Assembly: GCA_020536535.1 (NCBI GenBank) | Contig: JAHLWZ010000508.1 | Coordinates: 1 to 64,000, forward strand | Reading direction: 5' to 3' | Length of the DNA: 64,000 nt | Source: Pelomyxa schiedti | Taxonomy: Eukaryota > Protista > Evosea | Shown here: one piece after another, positions 34,401-46,972 of the stretch | Numbering within the stretch: position 1 is the first letter of the stretch | Layout: each line of letters begins with the position of its first letter | Notes under the pieces: model-generated | The model's database searches: none | Seen by the model: only the letters and a program-made list of their open reading frames with translations | Told to the model about the DNA's origin: nothing | Translations under genes and position numbers: made by a program

Positions 34401-37400
34401 ATTTCTACATCTCTTTTCCGGAGATCATCAATAAGCTGTCGAATCTCCGGCTTGGGTTCATGCTTTCCTAGACACACAATGTTCCTTGCACCACTTTCCA
34501 CAAGAATCTTCACAATTTCGGACCCAAGTGCTCCAAAGGCACCTGTGACCATGTAACATCCTGATTCTGGTATAGTCGGTTGCTTTATTCCAAGGGGAGA
34601 GGCTCTTTGTAATTGGAATTGCCAGACTTTTTCGCAGTTTAAGGCGAACTCGGATCCATGTTCGGCATGCAACAAAAGGGACAATACCTGAATAAATTCT
34701 TGTTGGGTGGGATTTGATGCCGATATATCAACGTGAAGAAGTACACAATTTTCAGAATACTCTTGGGATGCGCACCTCAGCATACCACAGGCAGAATTTT
34801 GAGTGCAAAGAAGGGAAACATCTTCCTCAGAAAGAGTAGTATTATCCGGGATTGTATTAGAGCATATACCTTTGGTAAGAACAACCAAACGGGTTTTCTT
34901 TTTGGGAAGAGACTGTAGGATGTGAAGTAAACCAGCAAGACACCCATCAATAAGGTCTAGAGTCCATGCAAACACAATGTAGTCTGGATTTACTTCACTG
35001 ACAACTCGAGAAACGGAATTGTCATCAAAAGGGTTTATTTCATTACCCCTGATCTCATTCAGAGGCAGTGTTGTATTGGCAAGGATACAATGTGTTTGAA
35101 TGCCAAAGGAGTTACTTAGTTGGGCGATACTATTGCCAGCTCCGCTCTTATCACTCAAAATCAACATAATTCCTTCAGTTGCAGTGAAGCTGGAATGAAC
35201 TTTTTCCACGGGGAGCCACGTCGGTGTGTAAAGCATTGATTCAACAGAAACGCTTTCACTGAATTTCTGCCATTCCATACCAGATATTTGGGCTACAATG
35301 CTCTCTGGACCATCTTTGTCATGAAGGGAAATTATAATGTCTCCACATATACTACTTGGAGTGGTGGATGTGATTTTTGAGTGTGAAATCAGAGTACCTC
35401 CAGTGTATTTATTTCTCAAATGGAAGCACCGTACTTTCGATGGGAGATAAATACCCCGACTTCCAATGGTAGGGTTATTTGAGAGTACTGCTGATACTCC
35501 CAGTCCTTGTATGCATGCATCCAGAATTGCCGGATGAAAATTGTAAGACTCAATCTCACCTTGGGATATGGATGAAGGCGGGAGGACAAGGCTAACAGCC
35601 TCATCCTTTCCAATCCACAATTCCCCAAGACCAGAAAAACTGGTACCCAGCACTAACCCACCTCTAACAGCAATCTTTCTGCGAATCGTATTGCCTTTAA
35701 TGCTCTCTGGTCTACATCTGCTCTTGATATCTGCAAAAGATTCCCAAGAATGGATTGTTGATACAGAGGTATCCTGAGCCTGTACCACAGCACTGCAGTG
35801 ATGAGTATCAACATCATTCACTTTGACGTGACTGGTGAATTTGACTCCAACTCGATGTTGGCTCATATCTCCGTCAAAAGAGACCTTCATCACACGCTGC
35901 TCGGAACTGGAGAAAAATAATCCTCTTACAAATGCTACATCAAACACCACAATTGGGGATACTGAGGGGAAAACTGCTTTTGCGCATGCTAGAGCGCATT
36001 CCAGATACAGTACACCCGGGACAAGGGTCATATCTTGGAAGGCATGGTGCTTCACATAGGACAGCTCTGGGGAAGAGAAGTCTATTTCGCACTCTTTTGA
36101 GGCTTCTAGTAGTAGTCCAGAGAGCGGGTTGGACTGTGCTAATTCCGGCTTGCTTATCCAGCAACGAGTTGGAAGGAAGGGATAGTGTGGAAGATCATGG
36201 GAAGAGGCAGCAGGTGTATTGCCGCACAGTTTTTCTATGTTAACATCAACTCCGCTGGAATATAGCGCAGCTACACAGCGGAACATAGACCTCACAACAT
36301 TTCTAGGTTCTCGCTCCACAATAGGGAAGCAAACTGAATCGCTTTCTACAGTCATAGGAATGTGGTTGACCAAGATGGGAACTGGAGAAACCTCTAGGAA
36401 CACATTACAACCATAGTTACTTTGAGCAAGCTTAACAGCCTGATAGAAACGGACAGGAGCAGTTATCTGTTTTACCCAGTAGTCGATATCCACGCCCTCC
36501 TTACCCATAGTAGTTACGTCAGCTGTTGATATCCACACAACATCAGTAGTTGGCGGAGTTCTAAGTAAACCCTGCGCCATAAGAGTGTTCTTGAAGGTAG
36601 CTTGAATAGGTTTCATGTGGTGGCTATGGTATGCATACTTTAAAGAAAGTATTCTCACACCACTTGAGGGAACTATCTTTTCAGAAACAAGTGATTCACA
36701 TAATAAGTTGACTTTATCACGATCTCCAGAGATGACACAGGAATTTGGACTATTCTCTACTGCCACAGATACAGTCTCACCGATAGCATGATCGGAAATG
36801 TATTTTCTTACAGTGTCACCAGAAACTCCACGGAGACTTGCCATTGACCCATCATCATGAACTTGATTCATATTCTCACCTCGGGCCAGAATGAGCATTA
36901 CTGCATCTCTCAAGGATAGATACCCGCTGACCCAGGCAGCAACTACTTCTCCAGTACTGTGGCCAATTACAACTTGGGGGTGGTTGACACCCAGTTTCCA
37001 TAAAGCTTCACATAACGCAACCTGAATAGAAAACAACGCCGGCTGTGCATATTTGGTTTGCTCCAGTACACTCGCCTGTCCGCTTCTTGCATCCTTCAAA
37101 ACCTCAATCACACTCCAGCCTACTTGTTCCCTTATAAGGGAGTCAACGTTCACTAAAGCCTCTGAGAATGGAGGGAAATCAGCTTGTAGTAGTTGCTGGG
37201 CCACAGACCACCACTCACTGCCTTGGCCACAGAAAACCAGGCACAGGTGGGTACCCGAACTTGGCAGAGAGCCGTGCAGAGGGCCCGAGGTCTTGGAATG
37301 TGGAGAAATATCAGAGAGTTGCTGAAGGCAATCCTCAAGACTGTCACACACAACCGCCAAACGGTATTTCAGATGGGCTCTCTTCTTGATTGTGGCAGCA

Positions 37401-40400
37401 CAAACACGAGGCAGGGGAACGCTAGTGCATTTCAAGAACTCCAAATAACGAGAGGCCAATGCAGGTATTGCGTCGGAACTGGCTGCTGACAGTGCAAGCA
37501 AACAGTATGGCAAACAGACTTTGGCCTGGTCATCCTTTGAGGGGAGAGCAGTGATAGGAGGGCACTTCAGCACTACATGGCAGTTCGTGCCACCAAAACC
37601 AAAGCTACTTACTCCTGCACATACTGGCCCTGTTGTGCTGCACAGGCTGTGTATAGATTCCACCTCAGTCTGTACACTAACACCCAACCTTTCGAAGGGA
37701 ATGTGAGGATTTGGCACAGTAAAATGCAAGGAAGGCAAGAGCGTCCTATTGTGCAGAATGAGTGCTGTTTTGATGATTCCCGCAATTCCTGCGGCACTCT
37801 CCAAGTGTCCAATATTTGTCTTCACACTGCCGACTCTCCAACAACAGCTTCCATCAGTTTTGGGCATTCCACCAGCACCACTTCCCCTGAGAGCCCTGCT
37901 GAGAGCAGAGGCCTCGATGGGGTCACCTAAAGCCGTCCCAGTGCCATGGGCCTCAATGAATGCGATAAGTGGTTTTTGTTCCTCGGAATCGCTTCCAGTT
38001 AGCCCTGCATTGTGAAAAGCCATTGCAATGCACTCCTCTTGAGCAGCTCCATTGGGTGCTGTTAATCCATTGGACTTCCCAACATGGTTTATGGAGTGAC
38101 CAAGAATGAGGGCATAGATATCGTCTCCATCACTCAGGGCCCTGTCCAATGTTTTCAGCAGCACAGCACCACATCCTTCTCCCCGGACATAGCCGTCAGC
38201 ACTTGCATCAAAAGTGTGGCAGCGTGATCTTGGGGATAGGAAGCCACCACTTTCAAGAACTCGATCAATCTCGGGAGACAGAAGGATGTTTACACCACAT
38301 GCCAGAGCCGCATCACAGGAACCCTCTCGCAGGGAAACACAGGCATGGGAAACAGCAACAAGAGATGAACTACATGCAGTATCAATAGAAATACTTGGTG
38401 CCCTGGAGTTAAGAAAGTAGCTGACTCTATTGGAAGCAACAGCGAGGGAACAACCTGTTGCTGCATAGATACTGACGGATTCACCTTTCGTTCCTCCATA
38501 AAATAGCATGTGACTGTACTCAGAGAAAGAAATGCCCAAAAAGACACCGCACTTTGACAGTAATTGAGTATTTCCAGTTGCTCCAGCATCTTCCAGTGTT
38601 TCCCACGCTGTCTCCAGTATAAGCCTTTGCTGAGGATCCATTGAACAAGCCTCAGCATGAGAAATAGAGAAGAAATTATGGTCGAACTCATCAACTGCTG
38701 AAAGATAGCCAGCTTGCCTTTCATTCCCCAGGTTTGGGAGGCCACGGCGACGGGAAGAACAAGGGAGTCCTATTGCATCCTGCTTTTCACATAAAAGTCT
38801 GTAAAAATCTCGAGGTCCATGTGAGTTTCCAGGGAAGCGGCACCCTATCCCAACAATGGCAATTTGCTGAGACTGAGAGTGGAGCTGTGGAGTTATATGG
38901 AAAGTGGGGCTTGTTGTTAGGAAGTGAGAAAGAAGAGCAATAGTTGGGTGGTCATAAAGCTCTGTGGGAGAAATTGAACGATGCATCCACTTCTGCAGCT
39001 CTGAAGAGAGTTCCACCATGTGAGTAGATGTGAGTCCAAATTGTGTGAATGGTTGATTAATATCGACATTTTGTGGCTGTGTTTGAAGAAGCCGTGCGAT
39101 ATGAGTTTGCAACCATAACAGTACTTCTCTCTCATCTGGTTCTTTCACCTCATTTTGCGGTGGTGCGTAAAGTTGGGGTTCCACAGAAGAGGTTGCTGTG
39201 CATGATGTATGGGAGTAAACAGCCTTAAGCCTGTTATTCAAGAAGGCTGTCTTGGTTGCCGATCGTTGTATTTTACCACTGGTCGTCTTCAAAGCAGATC
39301 GTGGAGAGATCAACACAATGTGAGAAGGGGAGACAGTATGTTCTTCAAAAAGTTTTCTGCAAAATCATTTGAGTCACAAGCCGGACAGGATAGAAACACA
39401 CTGTTGTATTGCAAGGCAGATTTCTTTGGCTTCCTTGGGGCTTAACTTTGGTGAGGCCACTTCTGATGTTACAACAAGGGCTTCCTGAGAGGTTTTAGGG
39501 TTACCAACATAAATAGGCTAGGCCACTAACCATTTCATTTTCATCTATCGAGAAAGCAGCTGAACAGCCAGGTCTTATTGCTGGGCTACTTTGTTCTGCT
39601 GAAAGCTCAATATCTTGAGGGTATATCTAGAAACAAACTTTGAGGGTTATGAGTCCGCAGGAAGTACTTGGTACATTTCGGCCATTAATGATAATCAAAT
39701 CTTTAATTCTGCCTGTAATGAACAGTTCTCCACGCCGGATAAAACCAGCATCACCAGTACGCAAAAATTTATCAGTGCCTTCACTTAAAGTTGCATAGAA
39801 CACTTCTTTGGAAAGGTCGGGCCTATTCCAGTAGCCAATACTTACACACTTGCTGCTTACCCATATCTCTCCAACCTCCCCTTCTGGCTTTTCAGTCCGG
39901 GCTTGTGGGTCTACAATTAGCAATTTCACAGGGCACCACCCATGTCCAACAATGGTGTGTGCTGAGGGAGAGGTCCTTTCATCTACTTCAACGGCAACAC
40001 CAGATTCCAGCTTTTTGGCATCAACGTAAAGGATGGTAGGGTGTTTATCCTTGTTGGCAATACCCTTTCCACAAAGGTACACCATGTCTAGAATGGAAAT
40101 CAATTTTGGAGATTAAGAGAATAAAGTAAAGTATTACTCACGCTCAGCAAGGCCATAATGTGGGTACCACATCTCGAATTTAAATCCGCAGGAGGAAAAT
40201 CTGTCATGAAACTTTACCAGAGTGGGGAATCTGACAGGTTCAGCTCCATTTATCGCAAAGACGAGGGATGATAAATCAAAGAGCTTTATCTCCGCATCAG
40301 TGCATTTCTTAGCACATACTTCATAGGCAAAATTAGGGGCCGCTGTGTGCGTGGCTCTGTATGCAGTGCAAACTGCAGGCCACAGCTGAGGCTCCCCAAT

Positions 40401-41942
40401 AAATTTTACAGGTGAGAACATAACACATGCTGACGGGACAAAGGCAGCATGGAAAACACCTGCAATAAGTCCCATATCATGGAAAACTGGAACCCAAGCA
40501 ACCATAACACTTGAAGGTGCTGTTCCACTGTGTTTTGACATCACACGTAGGTTGTGCAGGAGAGTCTGGTGTGTGAGGATAACTCCTTTTGGTTGTGATG
40601 TGGATCCTGAAGTATATTGCAAGGCAATCATATCTGTTGGTTCCGGCCAGTAGGGAGGCTGAAATTTGATGGTAGGGGATTTTGATGAAGTTATGGTGGA
40701 GGAAGTGCGTGGTGCTGGTGGAGACACCCATTTGATTCCTCCTCGTGACCACAAACCACCAAACACACTGCTGCCTATCCCCCCAAACACACTCTTTAGT
40801 GTGTAGTATCGTAGCATAGATTGCGGCATAAATCCCACTTTTGCCCCACAGTCTCTGGCTATAGCGCCAATATGGTCAAATCCCTTTTTCAGTTGGGCTG
40901 GAGATGGAGGAGGCACAGGAACAGCAATAACGCCAGCCAAGACACAACCAAATAAGGCGCTGACAAAATCAAGTCCTGTTACATATGCCAGAAGAACTCT
41001 TTCCCCCTATCACCGGTAAGAGCACAAGAAATTTCATCTTTTTTTGACACCTTGGCCAACTGAAGGTCATGCAGAATGAAGTCTGAGACGGAAGCAGCAT
41101 TTTTGTAGAGCATGCTATAGGTAATGGATTCCTCAGTTCCGTTATCGTTTAAAAAAACGTAGATTGTGAGGTCTGGGAAGTATTGCAAGTTGTGCTGGAA
41201 CGCTTCAGTTATAGTCTTGGCCTCTATATCGAGAAGTGAAATCATGATTAGTACGGCAGATAGATACCTAAGCACAACGGGATGTCATTATTGTAGTAGT
41301 ACGAGTTGGCACTCTGAAGATTAAGAAAGGGTTTCCTGGCTATGACTTTGGCCACAGAAGGGTTAACAGTCAATCCAACACCACTTGAAGAAGTAGTCCC
41401 TACAAACGCATGAACCGTTTAAAAAAGAAAAGAGGAGTGTTTTTCCAAGTTCGTTGCAAGCTAAAAAAAAAAAAAAAAAACCCAACAAATGGGGTCAGCT
41501 CCCCATAATGGCATCTCATACCCTTTCTTCTCTTTCTCCTAACGAACGCGCCCCTGGCCAGGGCCACGCCGGCAACAGCGAAAGTGACAAGAACAGACAC
41601 AGCCGCGGCGGCCAACGCGCTGCCGCCGCAGCCCCCGCCACGCGACCACCACCAACCAACCACCACGACGACTGCTGCGCCGCAAACAACACTGCCACGC
41701 GACGGCGGAGAGGCACCACCACTCGCACTACGAGGAGGAAGTGGCGATGGTAGTGGCGGCGGAGATGTAGTTTGTTGCTGTTGTTGTTGATGAGGATGAG
41801 TTGGGCTGGCGGGGTCGTCGGCGGCGGTGCGGGGGTGGTTGGTAGTTGTTGGGGTAGTGGTTGTGGTGGAACTTGTGGGAGAATCATAAGGGGCGGTGGA
41901 TCTGGTCGTCGGTGGCGACGGGGAGGTAGGTGACGACGACAT
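25462..41942 (-). CDS. Bimodular type I PKS/FAS megasynthase: N-terminal hydrophobic segments-FAAL-ACP-KS-AT-DH-KR-ACP-KS-AT-DH-ER-KR-ACP-TE (~5000 aa, roughly 14 introns)
   Basis: FAAL: LQYTSGSTSQPKGV, WVPVFHDMGLI, NGAEPV, YGLAE, RTGDAG, KTTSGKIQR. ACPs: GLTS, NFDS, GVDS. KS (x2): DTACSSS, HGTGT, NIGHLE. AT (x2): GHSTG. DH: HAFQDMTLVP and HVISGGIVLP. ER: LNFRD, HAGAGGVG. KR: TGAFGALG/YASAN and TGASGGIG/YAAAN. TE: GMSLG, VDS, ASHL. Confidence 0.95.
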
Positions 41943-42219
41943 CGCGTGCGGCTCGTGCATCGCCTCGCGATCTATTTTTTTTTTCTTCTTCTTAGTTTGT
42001 TGTTCTCTGGTTTTGCTTTTTCGGTTCCTTCGACAGTTTGTTCAAAAAAGAAAAATAGTTTTGATGCGACAGTCTTCTGCTGTGTGTATGTATGAGGACT
42101 TGAAAAAGAACCTCAGGTGCCCTGCAACCAAAACGTGGCATTTTCCAGTCAGCATTTTTTCCAATCAGCAACCGAAATCGTCGATTCATCGGAATTTGAA
42201 ACAATCAAAAGGAGGAGGG

Positions 42220-43450
42220 ATGAGCGCTACTGGGGCAGTGGACGTAAGCGTCAGCGGATCTGCGTCTGGATCTGGGGGTACCATCGTGGTGTGTGACGTG
42301 GACGGCACTTTGACCAAGCCCCGCAATGTATGTGTCCGCCAATTGGGTTTCCCCCGTTCGAGCGAGATTGGGGAGAGTCTGAATGTGCGTTTGACCCCAT
42401 TATGCGAAAAAAAACAGGTCGCCACTCCCGAAATGACTGCTTTTTTGGCGCAAGTGAGGACCCACGCAAAGGTGGCCATTGTGGGTGGATCCGATTTCAC
42501 CAAAATACAGGAGCAAATGGGGAAAGACAGTAAGTACCACTAATTTATCTTGTTAATCTCGGTATATATAATGTATTGAACAGTTTTGAACCGCGTGGAT
42601 TACTTATTTTCTGAGAATGGTCTCATGGCTTACAAAAACAGCGAACTTATAGCTCAACAAGTAACGAAGTTACCATCTTTATTGCATCCCAAAACCATGA
42701 CTAGAGCATCAAGAATTTCTTGGGAGAGGACAAATTGAAGCAGTTTATCAATTTCTCCCTCCACTACATCGCCGACTTAGACATCCCCATAAAAAGGTCA
42801 CTTTCATGTTTTAACATCCTCTCCCTACACCTCCTAATATTAATTCCAGAGGAACATTCATAGAATTCCGGAACGGAATGCTCAATGTATCACCCATTGG
42901 TCGCAACTGCACACAACAAGAAAGAGACGACTTCTTTGCATATGATAAGGTAACTCCAAACACAAAAAACAAATCCTCAAAATCACCGGCACCATCCTCA
43001 CAAAAGTGACAGATTCACCACGTACGCGAGAAAATGGTGCAAGAGTGCAGAACTCGCTTTGGATCCTTTGGGCTTCAGTTTTCCATCGGCGGGCAGATTA
43101 GCTTTGACGTATTCCCTACTGGCTGGGACAAGACGTACTGCCTTCAATTCCTTGAGGGAAAATATGACAGGATTCTGTTCTTTGGAGACCGGACAGAACC
43201 GGTATCACATACACAAGCACTTGCAAATATCTATGATAGCTGTTAGTAACATTCCCAATCAACACTCACCAAAAAACAAACAAACACAGGGCGGCAATGA
43301 TCATGAAATCGCTGTATCACCCAAAGTGTGTATTACCACCCGCTTTAACAACCAATCCATAACACATACACACAGGTGCACCAGTCATTCACAGTCACTG
43401 GGCCAGATCACACCATCACCATAATGAAGGAACTCTTTCACCTTGCTTGA
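42220..43450 (+). CDS. PMM: Phosphomannomutase (eukaryotic HAD-IIB), complete, multi-exon
   Basis: [80 protein letters not shown]. Confidence 0.97.
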
Positions 43451-43812
43451 GCTTGGCAATCGGGGCCAAACAAGAACACACCTGTACCAACATTAAACAC
43501 ATGAAAAAAAGAAAACAAATGTGAGGAGGTGAATGTGCACGACCCACATGAAAACCTCTCCCACAACAACCCTTCTTATCTTGTTGCGAATTTTATGACA
43601 ATGTTCTGGCCATAGTGTGAGTTCTTGGGCACAAATTGCCCAAGAGCATGGCACTATCGAAGTCAAACATTGCCCGCTTCTGAGCCAGTTTCGAATGAAG
43701 GAAATGATTTCTTCTACGGTTCCGGCTTATAAGCTTCAGAAGCAGGGGTTTACAGCCATACCCGTTATCATTTCTGGTTGGGAAAAGCAAAAAAAAAGCG
43801 CAGGGGGGAGTG

Positions 43813-46209
43813 ATGAGCACGGCGACACCAACAACAACAACGGGGAGGGACGCGGGTGGGGGCGGGGGTGGTGAGGGGCACGAGCCCCCCCACCCAGAGG
43901 AGCACGACGTGGTGGTGCCAAACACGACGACGACGACGACTACCGGCGGTGGTGGTGGTGGTGGTGCAAACAACTGTTGTTGTTGTTGTACAACAAGCAG
44001 TGCAAGTGGTAGTGGTGGTAGCGGTAGCAGCAGCAGTAGTTGTGGAAGTGGATGGGAGCGTCGGGTCGAGAGGGACAACGAGGCGTACGGCGTGTGGGAG
44101 AAAATGGGGTCGCCGGGGGCGGTGCTCGCTCCCATGGTATGTCACACCCCTCCCTTGGTTTTCGATTCAACAATAATATATATATACAATGGGATAGTGG
44201 CGCGGCGGGATGGGATTGGCTGGGATTGGCTCATAAACGCACAGGTAGAGGGGAGTGTGCTGCCGCTCAGGATGCTGTGCAGGAAGTACGGTGTCACCCT
44301 GGCTTACACCCCAATGATTCACAGGTTGGTCTGCCTGTCATTCGATTTTACCATATTCATGTAACAAATTCCGCTTGTTGTTGTTGCAGCCTGAATTTCT
44401 TGAAAGACCTGACATACCGCAGCAAGGTATTTGCTACTTGTCCTGGCGATACTCCACTGGTGGCTCAGGTGCGGAGTTTGGCATTCCTTAATCTTCTACT
44501 CTGACTTGCAAAGTACAGTTTTGCGGAAATGATCCAAACATTATGGCGTCTGCTGCTTCCCTTCTGATCAGTGGCGTTGGTGTTACTGGCAATCGGGGCA
44601 GCACCCCCGGAATTGTTGAGGCCGTGGATATAAACATTGGATGTCCTCAAAAAATTGCCAAGCGGGGTGGATATGGAGCATTTATCATGCACCAGCCAGA
44701 CCTCGTGCGTGAAATAGGTTTAAAAAGAAGTTCTCACACAACAAAGAAACTAACGTAACACAGTTGAGACAATGTCTAAAAGGCTGAAAGTACCAGTATT
44801 TTGCAAAATGAGGCTCTTCCCAACACTTGAGGAGTCAATCAATTTTGCCAAAATGCTGGAGGCTGCCGGGTGCAAGGTAAAGTCCATATCATTGCTGTCT
44901 TCAGCTAACTTACTGAATCGCTTCAGTTACTTGCAGTTCATGGCAGACAGAAGAGCGACCTCAGGCCAGATACACCTCCTGACTGGCCGGCCATTGGAAA
45001 AATTGTGTATGATAACCTCCTTTCCCTGGGTTTCATTCTCATGTTCCACAGAGAGCAAATGAAAATTCCCGTCATTGCTAACGGAGGAGTAAAAACACTT
45101 GAAGATGCAATTACCTGCAAGCAAGTAACCAAGGCTGATGGTGTTATGGTCGGATGTATGCCTCTTGTATCTTTATATTCGGTTCCAGTCCAATTCAATA
45201 TATTTAGTAGGACTCTTACGCAATCCTGCACTTTTCAGCCCAGTGCCTGTGCCAGATTATGTTGTGGCCAGAGACTTTGTGTCATTGTGCAGACAGCTCT
45301 CTGTTCCAGCATACACAGTGCGAGGATTGCTTATTAAGATGTGTCTCACCAAGTAGACTCCCATTCACCTCCTGGGTCTTCCACTAACATTAAAACAGTT
45401 TGGGCAAATTTACTCACTTGCGAGATGAGCTCCCTCAAATTGATATCTGGGAGCAGGCAGATGAAATTCTAAACCAGCTGGAGAAATGTGAAAAGGTAAT
45501 GCCATTCTCCAGGTTGACATTATTCACTAAGTGATTAATTATCCAGGGTGAGGCTACAACACCCAGCAAAGAATGTGTTGTTCAACAACAAACCGAGGCT
45601 GGTTCTTCATCCCCGAAATCAATTTCCATCATGATAACAAGAACACCCACCATTCCAATCACCCACAGGTCATCAACAACCACTGGTTCATCAACTACTC
45701 CAACAGACATAAACACTACCACCACAACAACCTCATCACCACCCACAGAAGCACTCCCAACAACATTGCACATCAAGAAAGGGGTGATTACCAAGCACAC
45801 AAGAAACAACAACAGTGGCCCAGTGAGGACAGGAGTTCCATGGAGGGTCCTCAAGGTTAGGGCGCAACAGCCACCCCTTTCAGCAGACAACAGTGGCAAG
45901 AGGAAGAAGGATTCCACAGAGAGGAAGTGGCTTCAGGTGTTTGGGGTTGGTGTTGGGTCCCTCACAAACACACCAAGGCACATACTGGAGCAACTTGCAC
46001 AGGACATTGGTTCACAGAAACAGGTGGACCAGCTGTCCAGTGTGTTCTTTGATGTAAGGGAGGATGATGTGTTCAATGCACTGTGTGAGTCGCAGCAGCT
46101 GGAACTACATGATGATACTAGTGAGGACATCACTGAAGTGTTGCACACTACATCAATCACAGCACCAACAACCCCAGCACCCACAATCCCAGGCTCCAAC
46201 AATGTTTAA
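43813..46209 (+). CDS. DUS1: tRNA-dihydrouridine synthase, DUS1-like
   Basis: VLAPM, YTPMIH, PLVAQFCGND, VDINIGCPQKIAKRGGYGAF, VFCKMR, LAVHGR, IPVIANGG, ADGVM, LLRNPALF. Confidence 0.9.
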
Positions 46210-46661
46210 ACAAAATAACAACACTGTGAGGGGAAGTGCCTTCGTCGTGCCTGCCGACTCGGAAAGACAGCAAGTGCCAAGACGCACTAAGAATGGTAAT
46301 GGGTGGGAAAAAATAATCAACAGACCTGAACGCTGTTGAATTCGTTATCGTCGCGCAGGTGGTATGATGGGTTTTTTATTACACCAAGATATAACTAAGT
46401 TCAGATCCAGGCATGTGCGCATGAGGGACGGGGAGTTGATACTCACAGGATGTGATTGCTTCCCCACCATAGTTATTTCAAGATTGCACAAAGGAGTTGG
46501 TCCTGGTATCACATCACACACAACCAAGCTTAGAACATAAAACCTAGGGTACGATCCTGTGGTTGTGGTGCGATGTGTAGTGGTAACCACCCAAAAATTT
46601 GTGAACGAAGTGAACCATTTTTGGGTGGGTAGAAACACATTCTTAGCCAAGGTTCCTATTG

Positions 46662-46720
46662 ATGATGTGGTTTTGCAGGTAGGAGGAGAGTATTCATGAT
46701 GTGGTTTTGCAGGTAGGAGG
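46662..46720. repeat. Perfect 25-bp direct repeat (atgatgtggttttgcaggtaggagg) at 46662-46686 and 46696-46720
   Basis: Seen directly; 9-bp spacer. Confidence 0.9.
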
Positions 46721-46972
46721 GGAAAAAAAAAATTGGTTGTTTTATGTCTTACTTGCGACTTTTCATGATGCCCCGTCGTTTTGTGTATTCGGCACGTTAC
46801 GGGCTCCCGATTGGCGGCACCACTGCCGGAAACACGACAACCCACTGGTTTTTTTTACTTGTGTTTTTCCCGCTCTTTTTTTTTTAAAAGAAAAAAATAC
46901 CAGATTCAGTTGCATACCAGATATGCAGTTGGGTTGGATAGAAACAGCTTGGTTCGATTCTAAAACATGGTT

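Noticed and set aside
25462-41942. PKS as bacterial contamination or endosymbiont DNA
   Set aside because: It has multiple GT-AG introns of the same style as its neighbours and is contiguous with clearly eukaryotic genes (PMM, DUS1).
11000-46209. A classical biosynthetic gene cluster around the PKS
   Set aside because: The flanks are housekeeping or unrelated genes. No PPTase, transporter or evident tailoring enzyme is adjacent, and the GNATs are ~9 kb away with several unrelated genes between.
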